Of a DNA stretch of 64,000 nt, positions 55,568 to 64,000 are shown piece by piece. The stretch comes from Acidobacteriota bacterium (GTDB lineage: Bacteria > Acidobacteriota > UBA6911 > RPQK01 > JAJDTT01), in the NCBI GenBank assembly GCA_965263035.1, contig OZ253580.1, positions 3,808,001 through 3,872,000 of the forward strand, read 5' to 3'. A model generated the notes under the pieces. The model had not been told where the DNA came from. It worked only from the letters and a program-made list of their open reading frames with translations, and did no database searches. Position 1 is the stretch's first letter; every line of letters begins with the position of its first letter. A program made the translations under genes and the position numbers.

Positions 55568-55848
55568 CAGAGCCTCGAAGAGAGCCGTCGAGCAGCCGCG
55601 CGCCGCTCGGCCTTCAGGTCCCGCTCCCACCGACCGACATCGACCTTGCGCTCGTGCACGGAGACCTGCAATCGGTCGAGAGCGCCGAGGGCCGCATCGT
55701 TTACCGATTTTCCTTCCGTTGCCGCAATCCGAATGGCGCGCCGCAACACTTCAGTCTTCGATACTCTCCAGCGTTTCGCCAGTGTCTCCAGCATGCGCAC
55801 GGATTCGACGTCCAGCGAGTACGTCGATTTGATGAGTGGTATGGCCAT
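55567..55848 (-). CDS. RHH/CopG-type antitoxin (VapB-like)
   Basis: KSTYSLD...LETLAKRWRVSKTEVLRRAI; directly upstream of the PIN toxin. Confidence 0.85.
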   Translation of the reverse strand: MAIPLIKSTYSLDVESVRMLETLAKRWRVSKTEVLRRAIRIAATEGKSVNDAALGALDRLQVSVHERKVDVGRWERDLKAERRAAARRLSSRL

Positions 55849-55883
55849 ATCATTATAGTATGGCCATACTAAAGCCGAGTCAA
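55840..55883 (-). promoter_or_regulatory. Leaderless promoter and double palindromic operator of the TA operon
   Basis: TTGACT-N17-TACTAT-N6-ATG; perfect palindrome TAGTATGGCCATACTA (55856-55871) plus TATGGCCATA over the start codon. Confidence 0.75.
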
Positions 55884-56066
55884 TCTCTCGACGGGTAGGT
55901 GGGTCTGAGCTTTGGGGCAAAGCGGGCGAAGCTCTTCGGATTTGACCCCGCATAGAAGTGATCAGGGGACGAGAATACTTGTCTCTTGTGAGATTCGCTT
56001 GCAACGTTGTTCCGCCCTGATCATCCCTCGCCGTCACTCACGCCGCTTGGCGGGATGAGAGGGCCG

Positions 56067-57203
56067 CTACAGCTTCTCGACGAGACGAGCCAGCAAGGCC
56101 GCGCGGACGGGCAGGGCCTCCAGCTCGATGTGCTCGTGCAGGGCGTGGGCCCCGTCTCCGTCCACCCCCAGACCGTCCAGGGTGGGGAGCCCCAGGGCGG
56201 CGCTGTAGCTGCCGTCGCTGCCCCCGCCGGTCTCCCCCTCTTCCAGGTCGAGACCCAAATCGGCGCCGATCTGGCGCGCCCGGTCGAAGAGCCGCTGTCC
56301 GCCGTCCCCCTTGATCATGGGAGGCCGGTTGATCCCTCCCGTGACCTCCAGCCGGATCTCCGGGTGCCTCGGCTCCAGGGCGTGCAGCGCATCCTCGACC
56401 CGGTGACCCTCCTCCACGGTCCGGAACCGAAAATCGATGGTGGCTTTGGCGAACTCGGGAATCACGTTGTCCCGGGTGCCGCCCTCCGCCATGGTCACAT
56501 GGACCGAGGTCTCCAGACGGCCGGAGGCGAGTCCGTGAATCGCCTCGATCTGGTGACCCAACTCCCGGACGGCGTTCACTCCCTTCTCCGGCTCCACTCC
56601 GGCGTGGGCGGAGCGGCCATGGATCCTCAAAGCCGCCATCCCGGCCCCCTTTCGAAACGTCTTCAGAACGCCTCCGGGCAGGGGAGGCTCGGTCACCAGC
56701 ACCAGGTCGCTCTCGCGGCTGAATTCCTCGATCAGCTCCCGGCTGGCGTCGCTGCCCGTCTCTTCGTCGGTGGTGTAGAGGAACCGCACCTTCCGGCGGG
56801 GCCGGATCCATCCTCTTGCAATGAATTCCTGGATCTTCAGGGTGACCGCCACTCCGGCCTTCATGTCGAAGATCCCCGGTCCATGAATCCTCCCCTCCTG
56901 GATCCGGAAGGGCATTCGCTCCAGGCTCCCCTGAGGCCAGACCGTGTCCAGATGGCAGAGCACCAGGATCCGGCCTCCACCGCCCTCTTCCCACTCGCTC
57001 CAGACGATGTCGCCCACGTTCTCCCGGGGAACGATCCGCGGCGCCAGGCCGCAGCTCCCTACAGTGTCGGCCAGAAAGGATCCCAGCTCGTCCACCATCT
57101 CCTTGTCGGTGGAGGGGCTCTCCAGCTCCACCAGCTTCCGGAGCAGCTCCACCGTGGAGTCCCGCTCCTCTTCGAAGGCTCTCAGCAGTTCATTCCCCGT
57201 CAT
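56067..57203 (-). CDS. M20 carboxypeptidase G2-like peptidase
   Basis: CHLDTVW; GPGIFDMKAG; TDEETGS; HGRSAHAG; GGGSDG; GAHALHE. Confidence 0.92.
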   Translation of the reverse strand: MTGNELLRAFEEERDSTVELLRKLVELESPSTDKEMVDELGSFLADTVGSCGLAPRIVPRENVGDIVWSEWEEGGGGRILVLCHLDTVWPQGSLERMPFRIQEGRIHGPGIFDMKAGVAVTLKIQEFIARGWIRPRRKVRFLYTTDEETGSDASRELIEEFSRESDLVLVTEPPLPGGVLKTFRKGAGMAALRIHGRSAHAGVEPEKGVNAVRELGHQIEAIHGLASGRLETSVHVTMAEGGTRDNVIPEFAKATIDFRFRTVEEGHRVEDALHALEPRHPEIRLEVTGGINRPPMIKGDGGQRLFDRARQIGADLGLDLEEGETGGGSDGSYSAALGLPTLDGLGVDGDGAHALHEHIELEALPVRAALLARLVEKL

Positions 57204-58050
57204 GTTCCCTCCAGTGGTAGCGGATGTCTCCGACGAATTCGACCCGTCCCGTCAAACGAACTTCGCCTCCCGGTTGCCACTCCACCTCCTGCTCTCCGGT
57301 TGTGGTTACGACCCGGGCCGGAGATCCGACCCTTCCGGTGTGGATGGCGGCCACCGCGGCTCCGCTGCAACCCGTTCCGGAGGAATGGGTCGGTCCGACG
57401 CCCCTCTCCCAGATCCGCACCTGGAGGCGCCGGCCACCCGTGACCTGGACGAAGCTCACGTTGGTCCGCTCGGGAAAGGCGGGATGCACCTCGAGAGCCG
57501 ACCCCAGGCGCCGGAATTCGGCGTCCCGCGGCAGTGAGGAGACGAACACGACGCACTGCGGATTGCCCACCGAAAGGGCGGAAATGGCCACTTGGCGGGG
57601 TCCCACCTGCAGCGGGTAGTCCACGACCTGGGCCAACCCCTTGTCCTGTCGAATCGGAATCTCCTCCGGAATGAAAGAAGGCCGTCCCAGCGAGGACCGG
57701 TAGCGCCAGGAAGATTCGTCGCTGTCCAGGAGGTCATGGATCTTGACCCCGGACAGAGTCTCAAGAGTCAGATTCGGGTTCAGGGTCCAGCCCTGGTGAT
57801 GGACGAAGGCGCCGGCGCACCGGCATCCGTTTCCCGACATGGCGGCCTCGCTGCCGTCGGGATTGAAGATCCGGATTCGGAAGCGGTTCTTCCCTCCCGG
57901 TTCGACGAAGACGCACCCGTCACCCCCGATCCCGAAGTGACGCCGGCAAATGGCCCGAGTCAGCGCGGCCGCGCTCCGGCGGGTCAGATCGCTTTCCCGG
58001 ATCACCAGGTAGTCGTTGCCGTAGGAATGGTACTTGGAGGCCGCGATCAT
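57190..58050 (-). CDS. dapF: Diaminopimelate epimerase-like protein (Ser/Ser active site)
   Basis: KYHSYGNDY; GIGGDG; NPDGSEAAMSGNG; VGNPQ; PERTNV; WERGVG.THSSGTG. Confidence 0.85.
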   Translation of the reverse strand: MIAASKYHSYGNDYLVIRESDLTRRSAAALTRAICRRHFGIGGDGCVFVEPGGKNRFRIRIFNPDGSEAAMSGNGCRCAGAFVHHQGWTLNPNLTLETLSGVKIHDLLDSDESSWRYRSSLGRPSFIPEEIPIRQDKGLAQVVDYPLQVGPRQVAISALSVGNPQCVVFVSSLPRDAEFRRLGSALEVHPAFPERTNVSFVQVTGGRRLQVRIWERGVGPTHSSGTGCSGAAVAAIHTGRVGSPARVVTTTGEQEVEWQPGGEVRLTGRVEFVGDIRYHWREHDGE

Positions 58051-58066
58051 GGAGGCGCTCGACGCC

Positions 58067-59431
58067 TCAGCTCGCGTGGATCCCACTGCTGAGTTCCTCC
58101 AACTTTCCCTGGACCAGATTCTGGATCTCCTCCAGCCTTTCGGACGAGTCCGCCTCGAAACGGAACACCAGAACGGGCTGGGTATTGGACGCCCGCACCA
58201 GTCCCCAGCCATCCGGAAAGACGATTCGCACGCCGTCCACATCCACCGTCTCGTAGTTTCGGGAAAAGTAGGACTGAGCCAGGCCGACGATTCGGAACTT
58301 GAGGTTCTCGGGGCAGTCCATGCGGATCTCGGGCGTGCTGAAAGTCGGAGGGACGTCTTCCAGCAGTTGCGAAAGCCGGCGCCCGCTGGTGGCGAGGATC
58401 TCCAAGAGCCGGGCTCCCGCGTAGATGGCGTCGTCGTAGCCGAAGTAGCGGTCGGCGAAGAACATGTGTCCGCTCATCTCTCCGCCCAGAACGGCCCCTT
58501 CCTCCTTCATCTTGGCCTTGATGAGGGAATGGCCGGCCTTCCACATGACGGCCCGTCCGCCGCGAGCTTCGATGTCCTGGTACAGGCTCTTGGAGCACTT
58601 CACCTCGGCCACGAACGTGGTGCCGGGCCGCCGCTCCAGGATCTCCCGGGCGTAGATCATCATCAGCTGATCTCCCCAGAGGATCCCTCCCTCGTCATCC
58701 ACGACTCCGATCCGGTCCGTGTCGCCGTCGAAGGCGATCCCCAGATCGGCCTCACCCGAGTGGACGGCCCGCATCAGGTCGTGGAGGTTCTCCACAACGG
58801 TGGGGTCGGGATGGTGGTTGGGGAATCGGCCGTCCGGTTCCGAATAGAGTTCCCGGACCTCGCAACCCAGATCGGAATAGATGGTGGGCGCAACGAGACC
58901 GGCGGTCCCGTTGCCCGAGTCTACGACGACCTTCAATCTTTTCCCCAAACGTGGAATCCGCTCCTGGATGTGCCGGCGGTAATCCTCCATCAGGGACGCC
59001 GATTCCAGATTGCCTTCGCCGCGAGTGAAGTCGGCCGCTTCGACGATCTTCCGGACCTTCTGGATCTCGGCGCCGTAGATGGTGCCGGTCCCCAAGGCGA
59101 CCTTGAAGCCGTTGTACTCGGGCGGGTTGTGGCTCCCAGTGATCATCACTCCCGCCCCCGGCGTCAGACGGTGCAGGGAGTAGTAGAGCAGGGGCGTGGG
59201 ACAGACTCCGATGTCGATGACGGTCAGGCCGGTTCGCGTCAAACCCCGGGCCAGGGCGTTCCGGAGCCGGCTGGAGCTCAGCCGGACGTCTCGTCCCAGC
59301 GTGACCCGAGTGACGCCGTGCCGGACGAAGTAGGTGCCCAGGCCGCGGCCCAGCGTTTCCACCGAATCGTCCGCCAAATCGGTATCCGCGATTCCCCGAA
59401 TGTCGTATTCTCGAAATAGCTCTGGGTTCAT
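58067..59431 (-). CDS. Phosphomannomutase/phosphoglucomutase (AlgC-like)
   Basis: FREYDIRG; ITGSHNP; FDGDTDR; GEMSGH; VRASNTQP. Confidence 0.95.
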   Translation of the reverse strand: MNPELFREYDIRGIADTDLADDSVETLGRGLGTYFVRHGVTRVTLGRDVRLSSSRLRNALARGLTRTGLTVIDIGVCPTPLLYYSLHRLTPGAGVMITGSHNPPEYNGFKVALGTGTIYGAEIQKVRKIVEAADFTRGEGNLESASLMEDYRRHIQERIPRLGKRLKVVVDSGNGTAGLVAPTIYSDLGCEVRELYSEPDGRFPNHHPDPTVVENLHDLMRAVHSGEADLGIAFDGDTDRIGVVDDEGGILWGDQLMMIYAREILERRPGTTFVAEVKCSKSLYQDIEARGGRAVMWKAGHSLIKAKMKEEGAVLGGEMSGHMFFADRYFGYDDAIYAGARLLEILATSGRRLSQLLEDVPPTFSTPEIRMDCPENLKFRIVGLAQSYFSRNYETVDVDGVRIVFPDGWGLVRASNTQPVLVFRFEADSSERLEEIQNLVQGKLEELSSGIHAS

Positions 59432-59452
59432 CAAGTCTCCAGTACCTGCTAG

Positions 59453-59611
59453 GAGCCTGCGCCGCAGAAATTGATCTACTGCGAAAGCGGTAGAATCGGT
59501 CCATATTTCCTCGATTTCTCGGCGAATAGAACAACTATGCACCTCAAAATCGAGAAAACCTGGCCTCGATTCCCCACTTTCTCGCTACGATCATTTCTAC
59601 AGCGCAGACTC
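59453..59611. mobile_element. MITE family C (159 bp, degenerate)
   Basis: Left end GAGCCTGCGCCGCAGAAATTGATC versus reverse complement of right end GAGTCTGCGCTGTAGAAATGATC; flanks CTAG and CTAA. Confidence 0.7.
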
Positions 59612-60691
59612 CTAACCGGTTTCCGGGGTTCCCGACAGTTCGGCCTTGAGCTCGTCGATGGCTGCCACCGGGCTGGGGTCCTCACCGTTGAGAAGTCCCA
59701 GGTACACGCTGGCGTAGTCGCCCAACAGAATCAGCATCAACAATCGGTCCAGCCAACTGTCTCCTTCGGCCCAATACTCCAGGGTGGTCCCGGACCGCCG
59801 GGAGAGGAACCTCCGGGTCCAATCCAATCGGAGCCGGATCCTGGGATGGTCCTCCGAGTCCCGCAGGAAAACCGGAAGTATACGGTCCAACAGATCGGCG
59901 GGATGTTTCCATCCCACAACCTCATTGTGATTCATTTCGGGGAGGGCCCTCCAGCAGGAGAGCTGCTTACCATTTTCCGCGAACTGACCGCACCAGCGGC
60001 GGGCCGCGAGTTCCAACCGGTCCTGGCTCCCGTAGACGAAGGGGATTCGACCGTGAAGAACTTGAGCCGCCTGCTTGGCCGGGTTGGTGGAGGTCGCCTG
60101 ATCGGGGCCGTAGGCCCGGATCCTGTCCCGGACCCAATCCAGACATTGCGCAAGTTCCCGGTCGCGACTTGGAATCAGAGACAGGCGGCTCAGGATCGCC
60201 AGACAGGGAAACGAAAGAAAGCCCAGGGCCGATCGGGGAGGCTGGCCGCCGGGAATCCGGGCCCACGTGTGTCCATGCTCCCGGGCCAGGCGAGCCAGGG
60301 CGCCGCCCGAGGAGATACAGACGATGAGGGCTCCCGCGGCATGAGCGGCCTGGAAGGCCGACACCGTCTCCTCCGTATTTCCCGAGTAGCTGCACAGCAG
60401 CGACAGCGTCCCGGGACCCACGAACCCCGGCGCGCCGTAGTTGCGGTTCACCCACAGCGGAACCTTCAGCTCCCGGCCCAGATACATCTGCAGGAAGTCG
60501 CCGGAGGCCGCCGAACCTCCCATACCGCTGACCGTCACCGATCGGACACCGGCGGGAAGGGCGGGCAGATCGATCTGGTTCCCGATCTTCAGAGCCTGCT
60601 CCAGCTGGCGGTCGAACCGGCCCAGATAGCCGAGCATGTCCTGGGAGTCGCGGCGCCGGATCTCGCGCGGGTCGTCTAGGATCTGGTTCAT
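59612..60691 (-). CDS. Bifunctional phosphoglucose/phosphomannose isomerase (SIS-type PGI/PMI)
   Basis: SGMGGSA; SYSGNTEET; SSGG.L; PPRSA; QFAENGK; PEMNHNE. Confidence 0.93.
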   Translation of the reverse strand: MNQILDDPREIRRRDSQDMLGYLGRFDRQLEQALKIGNQIDLPALPAGVRSVTVSGMGGSAASGDFLQMYLGRELKVPLWVNRNYGAPGFVGPGTLSLLCSYSGNTEETVSAFQAAHAAGALIVCISSGGALARLAREHGHTWARIPGGQPPRSALGFLSFPCLAILSRLSLIPSRDRELAQCLDWVRDRIRAYGPDQATSTNPAKQAAQVLHGRIPFVYGSQDRLELAARRWCGQFAENGKQLSCWRALPEMNHNEVVGWKHPADLLDRILPVFLRDSEDHPRIRLRLDWTRRFLSRRSGTTLEYWAEGDSWLDRLLMLILLGDYASVYLGLLNGEDPSPVAAIDELKAELSGTPETG

Positions 60692-60730
60692 TCCGGCCGG
60701 TCTCCCTGCGTAAGAGGCACCCGGTCTCTA

Positions 60731-60888
60731 CAGTCCGTGGTGAAAGTCCCGTGAGCACCGAGACCGGTCCTGCGCCCGCCGGACCAGGCGCGATGAGGGT
60801 GCATACCGGGAGTATGTGACCGGGTCGCAACGCAGTCCGCCGGGATGCAGGGACGGTCGAATGCCGCGAGGACTTTTACCACGGGCTG
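60731..60888 (-). mobile_element. MITE family A, copy 2 (158 bp)
   Basis: Inverted near-copy of 7778-7925 with an extra 11 bp (GGTATGCACCC); flanks TCTA and TCAA; abuts the TGA of the M16 gene. Confidence 0.85.
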
Positions 60889-63588
60889 TCAACTGCCCCC
60901 CTGATCCGTTCCGGGAAAGTACCGGTTGGCAAAGGATCGGATGTGACTGGGTGTGACGTTCCGGATGACCGAAACGTACTCCCGCGGCAACCGGGAGTCG
61001 GTGCTGGAAAAGGCTTTCAAGGCCAGTTGAAGGAGCAGGTTCTGCCGATCCTGGCGGAGAGCGTGATGGTGAGTGATGGCGCCCACGATGGCGCTCAGGA
61101 CGTCGTTCCTGGAGAACTGGACCTTGGGGAGGCTGGAGAGCAACGCCAACAACTCGCGGCGAGCCTCCTTCTCCCGCCCTTCGATGGACGACACCGAGGC
61201 GAACAGGGCGCCCCGGCTCAGTGTCGACTGAAAGTGGAGATCCGGGTCGGACAGCGCCGGGCTTCCCGCGGGCACCAGATCCCGGATCTGGGGGCTCAGG
61301 AGAAGGTGTTTCCACACGTCGGCGACGTAGGAGTCGCGGGTCCCATAGGAGGGTCCGGGCAGTCCCACCATCACCACGCCCTCTCGCTCCACGATGGCCG
61401 GTTCGGGATCGGACTGACTTGGCTCCTCCTCGATCTCCTCTTCCTCATCCTTGCGAACCGCCCAGCGGCGCTGATAGCGGCTGTTGGCCAGTTGGGAGAT
61501 GAAGTCATCCAGGAAGGAGGTCCCCTCGATATCTCCCAGGATGAAAATCCAGGGATGGACGCCCTGCATCCGAATCCGGAGCCATTCGTCGACGTTCTGC
61601 AGCTCCAGCCGTGAGACCGATTCCCACGTCCCGAGCCGGTCCAGTCCATACGGATGAGAGCCGTAAAGAAGTGAGCGGGTCCTGCGTAGGGGGCGGGAAC
61701 GGTCGTCATCCTGCCAGCTCCGGATCTCGGCAAGCAGTTGTTGCCGTTCCAGGTGCAGGGACTGCTTGTCCAGCGTCGACTCTCGGTACCAATTGATCAG
61801 GAATTCCAGAATCTGGGGAAGATGGCGGGAAAGTGCAGTGCAGCGGAGGCCGAAGAAGTCCAGTTCGTTGACCACTTGGATGTCGGTGCCCATGAGCTCC
61901 AGGTCGTACCAGCGGAGTTCCCCCTTTTCTTCCACGGCTTGGCGGAGTGTGCTGCGGACCATGAGCTCCGTGATCCCGGCGTTTCCAGCCGACTCCTGGA
62001 TCCGGCCACCCGGAAAGAACACGCCCAGGTGAACCAGAGGCGCAGTATGCTCTTCCTGGAAGTAGACCGAAGGTCCTCTCAGGATCGACGTGGATTTGAA
62101 CTCGGGCCGCGAGAACCGGGGCTGGAACCGAACCGGCGCGAAGTCATCGCCCCGCGCCGACTTCAGGGGAGAATCCTGCTGCCGGAGGGTTGCCGGCGGC
62201 ACCAGCAGGTCCAACATCTCCTGGAAGGATGACGCCGAGAAGGTTCGTTTCTCCGCGGTCGCCGGGTAGTATTCCAAGACCGACAACCGGTCGAGCTTCA
62301 GGTACTTGGAAGCGGCTTCCCGCACCCGGGCCGGGGTCATGGACTGGATCCGGCCGACGGCTTCCGGTCCCTGCCAGAAGCGGCCGGCCGCCTCCATCCT
62401 GGCCTGACGGACTGCCCGCCGCGGAAGACTGTTCTGGTCCCGGTAGAAGTCCTTCACCAAGAGAGCCTTGGCCCGGTTCAGCAGACCCGGGGTGATCCCC
62501 TGCTGTTTGATGTCCTCCACGACGGCCAGAGTTTCGACTTCCACTCGATCGATAGCGCCGGGGGAAGCCGCCAGGGAGACCCAGAAGAGTCCCGTCCCGG
62601 AATCGGCCTCGACCCGGGACTGCGACCAAACGGCCGTTCCTGGTTGGACCAGCCTCTGGTGGAGCAAGGAGCTCTTCCCTTGACCGAGAAGGTATGCCAG
62701 GAGCAGCAGGGCCTCGTGATCCGGGTGAGCGAGACCCGGAATACTGTAGCCCAGCAGCACGTGAGCCTGCTGCAGCTTGCCCGTCATGTGGTGGTAGGTC
62801 AGACGCGTCACGGAGGGACGCCAGGACTTGCTTTCGGGCTTTTTCGACCGCCGCCGGACTCGCTCCGTCCCCGCCGGCCGGCTGCCATAGATGCGGGCCA
62901 CGTGTTCCAGCACCTGGTTCCGCAGCACGGCGCCGGAGACGGACAGAATCAACCGGGACGGGTGATAGCGCTCCCGGTGCAGCCGGACCAATGCCGGGTG
63001 GAGATCCTCCGCGCGGGTCGCTGGCCCCACCCCGGGCAGAAGTCCCTCCAACAATCTGGCCCGGGACAACTCCCGCGGAGAGTGCTGGAGCATGCGGTCC
63101 TGCTCCTGCACCGCCGCCACGGCCCGTTCCAACTCCTGAGCCGTTGGAGCCGGTGGGTCCAGCAGGTGGGCATGAGCCTTCAGCGCGCCTTCCAGATGGG
63201 CGGCGGGAGCCGTAGAGACAAAAGACGGTCCCGTGAGTCCCGCTTCAGGTCTCAGCTTCAAGGCCGCCTCGAAACTGAGGGTCTTGAGCTTTTCGTTGTT
63301 CAAGAGAAGCTCGGACAGCAACGTCTCCCGGCGCCGGTCGTCCGGAGCCCCGGTGGCCCCGCGCAGATGCGTGACCACGGACGCCAGGGGAGCTGCGGGA
63401 TGTTCTTCGATCAGGAGAGTCAGGCCGTTCCTGAAGACGGCCCGAATCAGGTTCTGCCGGTCCTCCCGGTGAGTCAAGCTCCGCTCATACTCGGGCCGGG
63501 GGAGGTCCCGGCGTCCGGCCTGGCCTCTGGCCCCGGAAGCGTGCAGGCTCAGGACCAGAAACGAGAGTCCGAAAACCACCGTTCTCAT
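60889..63588 (-). CDS. Secreted M16 (pitrilysin-like) protein, probably catalytically inactive
   Basis: Signal peptide; NGLTLLIEEH; YHPSRLILSVSG; LLGQGKSSLL; YGSHPYG. No HxxEH in either half. Confidence 0.85.
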   Translation of the reverse strand: MRTVVFGLSFLVLSLHASGARGQAGRRDLPRPEYERSLTHREDRQNLIRAVFRNGLTLLIEEHPAAPLASVVTHLRGATGAPDDRRRETLLSELLLNNEKLKTLSFEAALKLRPEAGLTGPSFVSTAPAAHLEGALKAHAHLLDPPAPTAQELERAVAAVQEQDRMLQHSPRELSRARLLEGLLPGVGPATRAEDLHPALVRLHRERYHPSRLILSVSGAVLRNQVLEHVARIYGSRPAGTERVRRRSKKPESKSWRPSVTRLTYHHMTGKLQQAHVLLGYSIPGLAHPDHEALLLLAYLLGQGKSSLLHQRLVQPGTAVWSQSRVEADSGTGLFWVSLAASPGAIDRVEVETLAVVEDIKQQGITPGLLNRAKALLVKDFYRDQNSLPRRAVRQARMEAAGRFWQGPEAVGRIQSMTPARVREAASKYLKLDRLSVLEYYPATAEKRTFSASSFQEMLDLLVPPATLRQQDSPLKSARGDDFAPVRFQPRFSRPEFKSTSILRGPSVYFQEEHTAPLVHLGVFFPGGRIQESAGNAGITELMVRSTLRQAVEEKGELRWYDLELMGTDIQVVNELDFFGLRCTALSRHLPQILEFLINWYRESTLDKQSLHLERQQLLAEIRSWQDDDRSRPLRRTRSLLYGSHPYGLDRLGTWESVSRLELQNVDEWLRIRMQGVHPWIFILGDIEGTSFLDDFISQLANSRYQRRWAVRKDEEEEIEEEPSQSDPEPAIVEREGVVMVGLPGPSYGTRDSYVADVWKHLLLSPQIRDLVPAGSPALSDPDLHFQSTLSRGALFASVSSIEGREKEARRELLALLSSLPKVQFSRNDVLSAIVGAITHHHALRQDRQNLLLQLALKAFSSTDSRLPREYVSVIRNVTPSHIRSFANRYFPGTDQGGS

Positions 63589-63663
63589 GTTCAAATCGTA
63601 GCAATCGGGGGTTCCGAACTCAATTTGGATTTGGACCTGGGACTCGGGTATCGTAGAGTTGTG

Positions 63664-64000
63664 ATGAAGGCGAAAACACTGGACCAAGGGGACCTGATAG
63701 AGGGTCTCAAGAGCCTGGACACCAAGGTCATCGACTCCTTCGTGGATCAATTTTCCCGCCGCCTCTTCGGGGTCATTCTCAACTACACCAAGAACCCGTC
63801 CGACGCCGAAGAGATCCTCCAGGACACGCTGCTCAGGGTTATCCGCAAGATTGACACCTTCCGGCAGCAGAGCGATATCTGGCCCTGGATAAAGAGAATC
63901 GCCGTGAACAACAGCATCATGTGGCTCCGCAAGCACAAGCGACAGCGGGAGATCCAACTGGACGACTGGATGCCCCGTTTCCGGGAGGACGGCGAGCTGA
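63664..64000 (+). CDS. ECF-type sigma-70 factor, N-terminal part (runs off the window; not in the ORF track)
   Basis: MKAKTLDQGDLIEGLK...DAEEILQDTLLRVIRKIDTFRQQSDIWPWIKRIAVNNSIMWLRK matches sigma region 2. Confidence 0.9.
   Translation, partial: MKAKTLDQGDLIEGLKSLDTKVIDSFVDQFSRRLFGVILNYTKNPSDAEEILQDTLLRVIRKIDTFRQQSDIWPWIKRIAVNNSIMWLRKHKRQREIQLDDWMPRFREDGEL

Noticed and set aside
55959-56023. Inverted repeat TGATCAGGG...CCCTGATCA
   Set aside because: Only 9 bp, with no target duplication or second copy; could be chance.
1-64000. tRNA, rRNA, riboswitch or CRISPR array
   Set aside because: None recognised by eye in the intergenic regions; a covariance-model scan would be needed to exclude them.

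Overview
High-GC bacterial chromosomal window whose gene content (Tat-rich catabolic enzymes, DUF1080, PQQ-like propeller, a signal-peptide protein of a type common in Acidobacteria) suggests an Acidobacteriota-like organism; this is inference. About 55 CDSs, mostly small-molecule catabolism: 4 Gfo/Idh/MocA dehydrogenases, 4 enolase-superfamily enzymes, 3 paralogous GH32-like beta-propellers, 3 M20 peptidases, ThuA, tandem DUF1080, an internally duplicated UxaA, PhyH, Ldh_2, ThDP enzyme, nitrilase and creatininase. Housekeeping genes include lon, amtB, dapF-like, PMM/PGM, PGI/PMI and an ECF sigma. Notable items not in the ORF track: (1) a tnpB-only element with IS607-like ends inserted in the lon leader, whose predicted guide overlaps the lon RBS; (2) four MITE-like elements from three families, three of them abutting stop codons; (3) a stand-alone GriC/GriD (EhpF/EhpG)-like carboxylate-reductase pair; (4) a DapF with both catalytic Cys replaced by Ser; (5) Tat-signal enolase-superfamily enzymes, suggesting periplasmic catabolism; (6) a decayed defence islet; (7) two single-base frameshifts. 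No rRNA, tRNA or CRISPR array was seen. All family calls come from motif recognition by eye, without database searches.
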